Below, in pieces: positions 49,104-57,715 of a DNA stretch of 64,000 nt. The notes under the pieces are model-generated. The model was not told the origin of the DNA and searched no databases. It was given only the letters and a program-made list of their open reading frames with translations. The stretch is from an uncultured Actinomycetota bacterium (GTDB lineage Bacteria > Actinomycetota > Actinomycetes > CAVWCF01), in assembly GCA_963697565.1 (NCBI GenBank), contig CAVOOM010000007.1:192866-256865 (forward strand). Direction: 5' to 3'. The translations under genes and the position numbers were made by a program. How positions within the stretch are numbered: position 1 is the stretch's first letter; each line of letters starts with the position of its first letter.

Positions 49104-49142
49104 GAGAGGGGCGGCCACCGGGATCCGGTGGCCGCCCCTCTC
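49104..49142. terminator. Hairpin with an 18-bp perfect stem (GAGAGGGGCGGCCACCGG / CCGGTGGCCGCCCCTCTC) between convergent sufT and the PilX-like gene
   Basis: Read directly. Positioned 27 nt after the sufT stop and 51 nt after the minus-strand stop at 49193. Confidence 0.6.
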
Positions 49143-49192
49143 ACGTGGGCCGAGCGTGGTGCGGGCGGGGGGCAGCCCGGCGCACCGGCCCG

Positions 49193-50887
49193 TCAGGAGG
49201 GCAGTCCGGACGGGTTCGCGCGCTCGGCGGTCTCGAGTGGCTTCCAGGCGGTCGCCACGGGGTCCAGGAAGTACGGCGGCGACAGGTAGCGCAGCCGGGG
49301 GTCGTACTTGTAGTCCTTGATGTAGCCGGTGCCGTTCAGTGTGCCGACCGCGCCGCGGAAGTACTGACCGATCGACCCGCGCACGCTCAAGGACCCCTTG
49401 TTCTGGCCGTAGTCCCAGTTCTGCACGCCGACTGAGTGCGCGACCGACAGCAGCGCGCCGTCTACCTTCAGGTTCTGCATGCAGGGGTTGGGGCAGGTTT
49501 CCAGGGACGACGAGGTCTGGTTCGACGAGGGCTTCGAGGTGACCGGGTGGTAGGTGCGGACGAAGTTCTGCGCGATGAGGCCGAGCACGTCGCTGCCGGT
49601 CACCCCGGTCGAGTACTGGGTGTCGCCGGTGATGATGATGTCGTTCTCGGCGCCGATGGTCAGCTGGCCCTTGAGGGTCCCCTCGAGGAAGACATCGCCG
49701 TTGTGGCAGTCGTAGGGGGTCACGTCGTTAGTGCGCGGGTAGTCCTTGCCGCCGCTGTTGGCGGTGCCCGACGCATTCGGGCTCCGCACCCACGGACGGG
49801 CGCACCGCAAAGAGGTCGCCTGGCTGTACGCCGGGGTGCCGGCCGGGATGGTGCGGACGTAGATCACGCCGTTGGGGGGCAGGTTCAGGTTGGTGCCCGG
49901 ACCGCACGCGCCGCTGGCCGCGGTGTTGGGGCTGGTGACGTCCATCTTGCCGTTGGACTTGACGAGGATCCGGGTCGGCCCGAGGTAGACGCAGCCGTTG
50001 CCGCCCAGCGAGGGGTCGGCCACCCGACGCAGCTCTTGGTTCGTGGGCGGCAGCGCGAGGATCGTGCCGCCGACCGGGGGCTGACCGAGGGTCGGGTTGG
50101 CGCCGTTGGTGCTGTTGGGGACCCAGAGCGTCTTGTTGTAGCAGGCGTCACCCGCGCGCCGGTTGGGGCAGCCGGAGGACAGCCCGCGCTTGAAGTTCGG
50201 GTTCTTGCTCACGTAGTGCATGTCGTTGGAGTGCACGTCGCCGTCGAGGACGTCGCCATCGCGCCAGAAGATGTTGGGGCAGTTGCTGGGTCGCTTGTTC
50301 CAGCCGCCCTGCCACGAGTAGACGTTGCAGGCGTTGATCTGCGACTGGCCGTTGGGGTACGAAGCCGGGCTCGCGGCGGGGTCCACCAGCTCCTTGTCCG
50401 AGATGTACAGGAAGTCGATGAACTTCGCCTTGCGGACCAGGACCTCGACCGTTCGGTCGGCGTCCCCGCTGCGACCGGTCGACGTGACCTTGATGGTGCC
50501 GTAGATGCCGGCCTGGGAGGCGTCGACGGAGTAGTGGAAGCGCGACCCGTCGGTCGCCCCGGGGACGGGAGCCCATCCGGTCGCCGCCCGGTTGGCGAAC
50601 GGGCCGCCCACGGTCGAGATCGCGCGCGTCCAGTAGAGGTCGTCCTCGTTCAGGAAGGCCACGTAGTCGTCGACGCCGGCCCGGGCGGCCGCGAACGCCG
50701 CCTGGCGCTCGGCCTCGGTGGAGCTGTCCCGCAGGCCGACAATGCCCTGCGTGGCGAAGAGCACGGTCACCGCGGTCATGATCATGATCACGCCGAGGGT
50801 GATCACCAGTGCGGAGCCGCGCTCGGAATCGGCCCGGCCGACCCGACCGGCGCTCAGGCCGGTGATCCGTCGTCGCAGCTTGGTCAC
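49193..50887 (-). CDS. PilX-N-like pilus assembly / minor pilin-like protein with a large Cys-containing C-terminal domain
   Basis: Intact 564 aa. The N-terminus ...SERGSALVITLGVIMIMTAVTVLFATQG resembles the PilX N-terminal domain. GTG start with GGAG 9 nt upstream. 10 Cys, all in the exported part. Confidence 0.6.
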   Translation of the reverse strand: MTKLRRRITGLSAGRVGRADSERGSALVITLGVIMIMTAVTVLFATQGIVGLRDSSTEAERQAAFAAARAGVDDYVAFLNEDDLYWTRAISTVGGPFANRAATGWAPVPGATDGSRFHYSVDASQAGIYGTIKVTSTGRSGDADRTVEVLVRKAKFIDFLYISDKELVDPAASPASYPNGQSQINACNVYSWQGGWNKRPSNCPNIFWRDGDVLDGDVHSNDMHYVSKNPNFKRGLSSGCPNRRAGDACYNKTLWVPNSTNGANPTLGQPPVGGTILALPPTNQELRRVADPSLGGNGCVYLGPTRILVKSNGKMDVTSPNTAASGACGPGTNLNLPPNGVIYVRTIPAGTPAYSQATSLRCARPWVRSPNASGTANSGGKDYPRTNDVTPYDCHNGDVFLEGTLKGQLTIGAENDIIITGDTQYSTGVTGSDVLGLIAQNFVRTYHPVTSKPSSNQTSSSLETCPNPCMQNLKVDGALLSVAHSVGVQNWDYGQNKGSLSVRGSIGQYFRGAVGTLNGTGYIKDYKYDPRLRYLSPPYFLDPVATAWKPLETAERANPSGLPS

Positions 50888-50900
50888 GGGGTCACGCTCC

Positions 50901-51593
50901 TCATCGGATCACGGCGGTGGTTCCCGCGTTCGGCATGACGATGCGGATCTGCTGAACGGTCGGGGTGCGTGCCTGTCCGGCCGTACCGGTGGCGACGCGG
51001 ATCAGCGAGTCGACGCCGGCCACCAGGTCGCGGTTCGCGCTCGACAGGGAGCCGGACGTCAACGCCAGCGGCGTGGCGCACGGAGACGACGATTCACCGC
51101 AGACCCCGGGCTTGAGCATCTCGGCCGCCGTGAGCCAGCGAAACAGCGGCTGCGTGGTGTCAAGGCCGCGGGCAACGGTGCGCGACGTCATCCCGCTGGA
51201 CGGCCAGGTGTACGGCGCGGTCGTGCCGGCCGGGGGGGTCGTCTCGCGGATCAGCGCGCCCGACGTCACCCGGTAGGTCACCTTCCACGGGGCGCGTCCG
51301 CTGTTGATGTTCGAGTAGAACGTGGCCGAGGCGGGCCCGGCGGCCTGGAACGCCTGCACCCCGGTCTGCGGGGCGATCGCCATCCGCAGGTCGCGCGAGA
51401 GCCAGTCAGCCGCCCGGTTGGCCTGGATGGCCGACTCAGACACGCGCGTGTGGAATCCCACCTGCTTGCGTGATGCGACCAGGAAGGTCACGGCGGCCGT
51501 GGCGATCATGCTGGTCAGCAGCATGCCCACCATCAGCTCGGCCAGCGTCATCCCCGCGTCCTCGCGGTGGAGCGCCCGCAGCAGCCGCCTCAT
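50901..51593 (-). CDS. Prepilin-type N-terminal cleavage/methylation domain protein (PilW-like minor pilin)
   Basis: MRRLLRALHREDAG|MTLAELMVGMLLTSMIATAAVTFLV is a short basic leader, then Gly, a Glu at +5 and a hydrophobic helix. ATG 51593 inside ORF 50901..51944-. ATGA overlap with the upstream gene. Confidence 0.6.
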   Translation of the reverse strand: MRRLLRALHREDAGMTLAELMVGMLLTSMIATAAVTFLVASRKQVGFHTRVSESAIQANRAADWLSRDLRMAIAPQTGVQAFQAAGPASATFYSNINSGRAPWKVTYRVTSGALIRETTPPAGTTAPYTWPSSGMTSRTVARGLDTTQPLFRWLTAAEMLKPGVCGESSSPCATPLALTSGSLSSANRDLVAGVDSLIRVATGTAGQARTPTVQQIRIVMPNAGTTAVIR

Positions 51594-52837
51594 GGGAGCG
51601 CCACCGTGACAAGGGCGGGATCGGTGTCGGCCGGGTCGAGCACGACGACCTTGGGCGCGGACGTCCCGGACAAGTCCGTCGCCGTGAGCGTCCAGGTGCC
51701 GAAGGGCAGCGACAGCCCGGCCTGGCCGCCAGGAGACGACCACGTGTACGTCTCCCCGGAGGGGCAGCCCGCATCTGCGGCGTGGGTCGCGGTCAGCGTG
51801 AACGGGCGGTCCGGACCCACGCGCACGACGCCCACCTCGACCGCGCCCACCGGGACGGTCGCCGACCCGGTCCCTCCGGCGTTCGTCACCGCGGCAGCGG
51901 CCCGGAGCGCTGCCGGGTCGGCGTCCAGGCAGGAGCCCGCCCACGGCACATACCCGGCGAGCGAGGGGAAGAGGCCCGGGACCGAGCGAGGCAGGACGGT
52001 GCCTGCGTACACGCCGGTGGCGGTCGAGTTCAGGTAGACGGCGCTGTTGTAGAGCGTGAAGGGCATTTCGGCCGGGGCCGGGTGGTCGGTGTCGTCGGCA
52101 GGGGTGAGGTCTAGCGTGGCCGCCTGGTCGTACGCGAACGAGACGTTGGCCGTCGTGTTCGGAACCACCGACACGAGCTGCTCGGGGGCCGCCTCGCCGC
52201 GCAGGTCGACATAGCCCGCCTTGCTCGCGGAGACCATGTAGGTGTCAGCCGGCAGGAAGCCGAAGAGGGCGCAGCCCTCGGTGGTGGTGACCTGGCTGAA
52301 CGTGCGCCCCACGGTGGTCGTCGAGGTGGCGGTGAGGGTGACGCCCGATCGGGGGAGGCCGTCGCGGTTGAGGGTCGACGCGGCGATCGCGCCGGCGGAG
52401 GTGTCGAAGGTGCCGATCGTCGGGGTGAGCAGGGTCGAGGCCTGCACTGGCTGCGTGGCGGCGCTCATCCCGGGCCAGGACACCCGCACGGTCACCCGGA
52501 CCGAGTCCAGCCCGCCGGAGGCCCCGCACGACGGGCCGCTCGCCCCAAGCGGGACGAAGGACGCGTCGCGGGTCACGGTGTAGTCCACGCCGCCCACAGT
52601 GCGCGTCGACGAGACCTGCCCCTGGGCCAGCGCGGTGAGCTCGGTGGCTCGCGCGACCTCCAACTCCGAAGTCGCCAGGCCCACGGCGGCGCTGCGTGCG
52701 CGGCCGTTGCGGACCAGGTCCGTGGTGGTCAGCATCAAGGCGAGCAGCGACAGCGAGACGATTGCGAAGAAGACCATGGCGATGAGCGGCTCGATGACGG
52801 TGAAACCGTCCTCGTCCCGGACTCGCCCACGAAACAT
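51590..52837 (-). CDS. Prepilin-type N-terminal cleavage/methylation domain protein (PilV-like minor pilin with a long C-terminal extension)
   Basis: MFRGRVRDEDG|FTVIEPLIAMVFFAIVSLSLLALML is a class III signal (G-F-T-x-I-E). ATG 52837 inside ORF 51590..52978-. A carboxypeptidase-regulatory-like stretch (GVTLTATS...GCALFGFLPADTYMVSASKAGY) is present. Confidence 0.65.
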   Translation of the reverse strand: MFRGRVRDEDGFTVIEPLIAMVFFAIVSLSLLALMLTTTDLVRNGRARSAAVGLATSELEVARATELTALAQGQVSSTRTVGGVDYTVTRDASFVPLGASGPSCGASGGLDSVRVTVRVSWPGMSAATQPVQASTLLTPTIGTFDTSAGAIAASTLNRDGLPRSGVTLTATSTTTVGRTFSQVTTTEGCALFGFLPADTYMVSASKAGYVDLRGEAAPEQLVSVVPNTTANVSFAYDQAATLDLTPADDTDHPAPAEMPFTLYNSAVYLNSTATGVYAGTVLPRSVPGLFPSLAGYVPWAGSCLDADPAALRAAAAVTNAGGTGSATVPVGAVEVGVVRVGPDRPFTLTATHAADAGCPSGETYTWSSPGGQAGLSLPFGTWTLTATDLSGTSAPKVVVLDPADTDPALVTVALP

Positions 52838-52992
52838 CGCCACGATTGGTGTTTCGGGACCGGCGGACCGGTTGCTGTTGCTCCAAACGGGTGAAGCCGC
52901 CGCTTCACGTGTAACAGCCCGGGTTGGCTGTCGATACGGCGTGACTGCGCCATGTGGGTGAACCGCGCGGCGGCGCATAGACTGCGGTCCCC

Positions 52993-54591
52993 ATGATCAC
53001 CGCGACCGGAGTGGAGCTGCGCGCAGGCGCGCGCATCCTGCTCGAGGAAGCGACCTTCAGAATCGGCCCCGGCGACCGGGTGGGACTGGTGGGCCGCAAC
53101 GGCGCCGGCAAGACGACGCTCACGCGCGTGCTGTCCGGCGAGTCCGAGCCCTTCGTGGGCGCGGTCACCCGCTCCGGCACCGTCGGCTACCTGCCGCAGG
53201 ACCCGCGCACCGGCGACCTCGACGTGCTGGCGCGCGACCGCATCCTGTCCGCGCGCGGCCTCGATGTGATCGCGACCCGGATGCGCGAGGCCGAGCAGCG
53301 GATGGCGTCGGCCCACGACGAGGTCCGCGACAAGGCGATGCGGCGCTACGCCCGGCTGCAGGAGGAGTTCACCGCCGAGGGGGGCTACGCCGCCGAGTCC
53401 GAGGCGGCCTCGCTCGCGGCCAGCGTCGGCCTGCCGGAGCGGGTGCTGGCCCAGCCGATCGGCACCCTGTCCGGCGGGCAGCGGCGGCGCGTCGAGCTCG
53501 CCCGGATCCTGTTCAGCGGCGCCGACACCCTGCTGCTGGATGAGCCCACCAACCACCTCGACGCCGACTCGATCGGCTGGCTGCGGGAGTTCCTGCGCGC
53601 GCACAAGGGCGGGTTGGTCGTGATCAGCCACGATGTCGGGCTGCTCGAGGCCACCGTCAACCGGGTCTTCGCCCTCGACGCCAACCGGGCCCGCCTCGAC
53701 GTCTACAACGTCGGCTGGAAGGCGTACGTCGTGCAGCGCGAGCAGGACGAGCGGCGGCGCCGGCGCGAGCGCGACAACGCCGAGAAGCAGGCCGCCGCGC
53801 TCAAGGCGCAGGCCGACCGGATGCGCTACAAGGCCACCAAGGCCAAGGCCGCCCAGGGCATGGACAAGCGCGCCGAGCGGCTGCTCTCCGGGCTGACCGA
53901 GCAGCGCCGGGCCGACCGGGTGGCCCGGCTGCGCTTCCCCGAGCCGGCCCCGTGCGGCAAGACCCCGCTCACCGCGACCGGGCTGTCCAAGTCATACGGG
54001 TCGCTCGAGGTCTTCACCGACGTCGACCTCGCGATCGACCGCGGCTCCCGGGTGGTGGTGCTGGGGCTCAACGGCGCCGGCAAGACGACCCTGCTGCGCA
54101 TGCTGGGGGGAGTCGAGGAGGGCGACACCGGCGAGGTCGAGCCCGGGCACGGGCTGCGGCTCGGCTACTACGCACAGGAGCACGAGACGCTCGACCCGGA
54201 GCGGTCGGTCCTGGAGAACATGCGCTCGGCCGCGCCCGACCTGCCCGAGGTCGAGGCGCGCCGCGTGCTGGGCTCGTTCCTCTTCTCCGGCGACGAGGTC
54301 GACAAGCCCGCGCGCGTGCTGTCCGGGGGCGAGAAGACCCGGCTGGCTCTCGCTGCGCTCGTCGTCTCCTCGGCCAACGTGCTGCTGCTCGACGAGCCCA
54401 CGAACAACCTCGACCCGGCCAGCCGCGAGGAGGTCCTCGGGGCGCTGTCGGGCTACCGCGGCGCGGTGGTCCTGGTGACCCACGACGAGGGCGCCGTGGA
54501 CGCGCTGCAGCCCGAGCGCGTGGTGCTGCTGCCGGACGGCGTCGAGGACCTGTGGAGCGCCGACTACCTCGATCTGGTCGCGCTGGCCTGA
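52993..54591 (+). CDS. ABC-F family ATP-binding cassette protein (two ABC domains, no TM)
   Basis: Intact 532 aa; GRNGAGKTT and GLNGAGKTT Walker A motifs; LSGGQRRR and LSGGEKTR signatures; Arg/Lys-rich inter-domain linker. Confidence 0.9.
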   Translation: MITATGVELRAGARILLEEATFRIGPGDRVGLVGRNGAGKTTLTRVLSGESEPFVGAVTRSGTVGYLPQDPRTGDLDVLARDRILSARGLDVIATRMREAEQRMASAHDEVRDKAMRRYARLQEEFTAEGGYAAESEAASLAASVGLPERVLAQPIGTLSGGQRRRVELARILFSGADTLLLDEPTNHLDADSIGWLREFLRAHKGGLVVISHDVGLLEATVNRVFALDANRARLDVYNVGWKAYVVQREQDERRRRRERDNAEKQAAALKAQADRMRYKATKAKAAQGMDKRAERLLSGLTEQRRADRVARLRFPEPAPCGKTPLTATGLSKSYGSLEVFTDVDLAIDRGSRVVVLGLNGAGKTTLLRMLGGVEEGDTGEVEPGHGLRLGYYAQEHETLDPERSVLENMRSAAPDLPEVEARRVLGSFLFSGDEVDKPARVLSGGEKTRLALAALVVSSANVLLLDEPTNNLDPASREEVLGALSGYRGAVVLVTHDEGAVDALQPERVVLLPDGVEDLWSADYLDLVALA

Positions 54592-54703
54592 TCCGGCCGA
54601 AGTCCGCCAGCCGGTCCGTTTAGGTGGCCGCCTGCCGCCGGATGCGTGATCATGGAGGGGTGCGCCGCACTCCGGCGCCGAGGTCGACGCCGGGAGGCAA
54701 ACC

Positions 54704-54916
54704 ATGGCTGAACTCCCCAAGGGCCGCCGAATCAGCGGATCCGAGCGCGACACGCTCGCCGCGGATCTGAAGAAGAAGTACGAGTCGGGCGTCAGCATCC
54801 GCGCCCTCGCCGAGTCGACGGGGCGCTCGTACGGCTTCGTGCACCGGGTGTTGAGCGAGGCCGGCGTCACGATGCGCGGACGTGGCGGGGCGACTCGCGG
54901 AAAGGCCAAGTCCTGA
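54704..54916 (+). CDS. Small helix-turn-helix domain protein
   Basis: 70 aa; SIRALAESTGRSYGFVHRVLSEAGV is HTH-like; GGGAGG RBS. From memory, a similar small gene follows the ABC-F gene in mycobacteria. Confidence 0.65.
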   Translation: MAELPKGRRISGSERDTLAADLKKKYESGVSIRALAESTGRSYGFVHRVLSEAGVTMRGRGGATRGKAKS

Positions 54917-54946
54917 GCGCCGACCTGACCGGCCCCGACCCGCGGC

Positions 54947-55734
54947 ATGCTCGAGCGCGGAGGAGTGCGCCTGGAGGTGGACGGCGCGCTGGCCACCGTC
55001 ACGCTGACCCGTCCTGATGCCCTGAACGCCCAGACGCCGAGCACCTGGGCCGCTCTTCGCGCGATCGGAGACACCCTCGCCGAACCGGTGCGGGTGGTCA
55101 TCGTCCGGGGTGAGGGCCGGTCGTTCTCGGCCGGCATGGACCGGCGGATGTTCACCCTCGAAGGGGTGCCGGGAGAGGAGAGCGTGGCCCGCCTGGCCAC
55201 CCTCCCGGCAGCCCGAGCTGCTGGCGGCGATCGAGTCCTTCCAGCAAGGCTTCCGGTGGCTGCGGCGCGGTGACCTGGTGACCATCGCATCCGTGCAAGG
55301 GCACGCGATCGGGGCCGGGTTCCAGCTTGCTCTGGCCTGCGACCTGCGGGTCGTCGCCGACGACGTGAAGTTCGCCATGCGCGAGACCTCGCTGGGACTC
55401 GTGCCCGACCTCACCGGCACGCACCCGCTCGTCCGGCTCGTTGGGCTGTCCCGCGCGCTTGGAGGTGTGCGCCACGGGGCGGTTCATCGGCGCGGCGGAG
55501 GCGGTGGCGTGGGGGCTGGCCAACACCGCGGTTCCCCGCGACGAGTTGGACGACGCCGCCCGCGACCTCGCCGCAGCGGTGTTGTCGGCGCCGGCCAGCG
55601 CCGTCAGCGCGCTCAAGCCCCTGCTGGGCGCCGCTCAGGTCAACGACCTGGATGCCCAGCTGGACCTGGAGCGCCGGACCCAGGCGGGGCTGCTGACCGC
55701 GATGGCGGCAGCGCTGAAGGGCGCCGGGGGCTGA
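54947..55734 (+). pseudogene. Enoyl-CoA hydratase/isomerase family protein; two +1 frame breaks near 55208 and 55457
   Basis: VTLTRPDALNAQ...VVIVRGEGRSFSAGMD (ORF 54947..55273). SVQGHAIGAGFQLALACDLRV...ETSLGLVPD (ORF 55110 frame). RALEVCATGRFIGAAEAVAWGLAN (ORF 55441..55734). Confidence 0.8.
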
Positions 55735-55827
55735 GCCCCGCCTCGGCTGGGGGAAGATCGACGGGCCCTCCGGCGTTGAGGGCGACGCCGGGCTTTGCCG
55801 GCGTTCTCCCTCGAGAGGCACATCCGC

Positions 55828-57708
55828 GTGAGCATGCACGGCAACTATGCGGCGTACTCGTCGTTCCGCAAGGACCCTTCAGTGGTGGGCCAGCGGCTCG
55901 CGCCGGGCACGGTCCGTCGGATCGCCGCGTTCGCGCGCCCGTACCGGGCCTGGATCGCGCTCTTCCTGGTCACCGTGGTCATCGACGCGGTTCTGGTTGT
56001 CGCCACCCCGCTGCTGTTCAAGCGGATCATCGACGACGGGGTCACCGCCGGGGACTCCGCGGTCGTCATCCGGCTGTCGCTGATCGTCGCGGTGATCGCG
56101 GTGGCCGACTCCCTGCTCACCCTGGTGGGGCGCTGGTGGTCGTCGCGGATCGGCGAGGGCCTGATCTACGACCTGCGCACCCAGGTGTTCGCCCACGTGC
56201 AGCGGATGCCAGTCGCCTTCTTCACCCGCACCCAGACCGGCGCCCTGATCTCCCGGCTCAACAGCGACGTGATCGGGGCGCAGCAGGCGTTCACGTCGAC
56301 GCTGTCTGGGGTGGTGTCGAACCTGATCACCCTGGTCCTCGTCGTCATCGCGATGCTCGCGCTCTCCTGGCCGATCACGGTGGCGGCCCTGGTGCTGCTG
56401 CCGGTCTTCCTGGTTCCCGCCAAGTGGGTCGGGCGCAGACTGCAGGAGCTCACCCGCGAGTCGATGCAGTTGAACGCCTCGATGAGCACGGTGATGACCG
56501 AGCGCTTCAACGTCTCCGGGGCGTTGCTGGTGAAGCTCTTCGGCCGGCCCGCGGAGGAGGACGCCGGCTTCGCGGCCAAGGCCGACCGGGTGCGCGACAT
56601 CGGCGTCCGGATCGCCATGAGCAACCGGGTCTTCTTCACCGCCATGACGCTCGTGGCCTCGCTGGCCACGGCTCTCGTGTACGGCGTGGGCGGCGTCCTC
56701 GCGGTCGAGGGCGTGCTCACGGTCGGGACGCTCGTCGCGCTGGCGGGCCTGCTCGGGCGGCTGTACGGACCGCTGACGGCGCTGTCCAACGTGCGGGTCG
56801 ACGTGATGACGGCGCTGGTGTCCTTCGAGCGGGTCTTCGAGGTGCTCGACCTGCCGCCCATGGTGCAGGACCGGCCCGACGCCAAGGCGCTCCCGCGGGG
56901 CCCGGCCTCGGTGGAGTTCGACTCGGTCGACTTCCGCTACCCGACCGCCAGCGAGGTCTCGCTCGCCTCGCTGGAGTCGGTGGCCGTGCTGGAGTCGGCG
57001 CCCTCCGGCCAGGTGCTGCACGGGGTGTCATTCCGGGCGGAGCCGGGCCAGATGGTGGCCCTGGTCGGCCCCTCCGGCGCCGGCAAGACCACCGTCACCA
57101 GCCTGGTCTCGCGGCTGTACGACGTCACCGACGGCGCGATCCGGGTGGACGGGCGGGACGTGCGCGACGTGACGATGGAGTCGCTGCATGACGCGATCGG
57201 GGTGGTGACCCAGGACGCGCACATGTTCCACGACACGATCCGCGCCAACCTGCTGTACGCGCGACCGGACGCCACCGAGGCAGAGCTGGCCGCGGCGATC
57301 TCCGACGCCCAGATCGGCGACCTCGTGGCCGCGCTGCCCGATGGCCTGGACACCGTCGTCGGCGACCGCGGCTACCGGCTGTCCGGGGGGGAGAAGCAGC
57401 GCCTGGCCATCGCCCGGCTCCTGCTCAAGGCGCCGGACGTCGTCGTGCTGGACGAGGCGACGGCCCACCTGGACTCCGAGTCGGAGGCCGCGGTGCAGCG
57501 CGCCCTGGAGCGGGCCCTGGAGGGCCGGACCTCCCTGGTGATCGCCCACCGGCTGTCGACCGTGCGGGGAGCCGACCTGATCCTGGTGGTCGACGGCGGC
57601 CGGGTGGTCCAGCGCGGGCGGCACGACGAGCTGCTCGCCGCGGGCGGGCTGTACGCCGAGCTCTACCGCACCCAGTTCCAGCCGCAGCAGACCGAGGCAG
57701 CAGTCTGA
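55828..57708 (+). CDS. ABC exporter, fused permease/ATPase (MsbA/MdlB-like)
   Basis: Intact; six-TM domain, then GPSGAGKTT, LSGGEKQRLAIAR, VVLDEATAHLD. The start is GTG 55828 or ATG 55834 in ORF 55795..57708. Confidence 0.88.
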   Translation: MSMHGNYAAYSSFRKDPSVVGQRLAPGTVRRIAAFARPYRAWIALFLVTVVIDAVLVVATPLLFKRIIDDGVTAGDSAVVIRLSLIVAVIAVADSLLTLVGRWWSSRIGEGLIYDLRTQVFAHVQRMPVAFFTRTQTGALISRLNSDVIGAQQAFTSTLSGVVSNLITLVLVVIAMLALSWPITVAALVLLPVFLVPAKWVGRRLQELTRESMQLNASMSTVMTERFNVSGALLVKLFGRPAEEDAGFAAKADRVRDIGVRIAMSNRVFFTAMTLVASLATALVYGVGGVLAVEGVLTVGTLVALAGLLGRLYGPLTALSNVRVDVMTALVSFERVFEVLDLPPMVQDRPDAKALPRGPASVEFDSVDFRYPTASEVSLASLESVAVLESAPSGQVLHGVSFRAEPGQMVALVGPSGAGKTTVTSLVSRLYDVTDGAIRVDGRDVRDVTMESLHDAIGVVTQDAHMFHDTIRANLLYARPDATEAELAAAISDAQIGDLVAALPDGLDTVVGDRGYRLSGGEKQRLAIARLLLKAPDVVVLDEATAHLDSESEAAVQRALERALEGRTSLVIAHRLSTVRGADLILVVDGGRVVQRGRHDELLAAGGLYAELYRTQFQPQQTEAAV

Positions 57709-57715
57709 GCGACGG

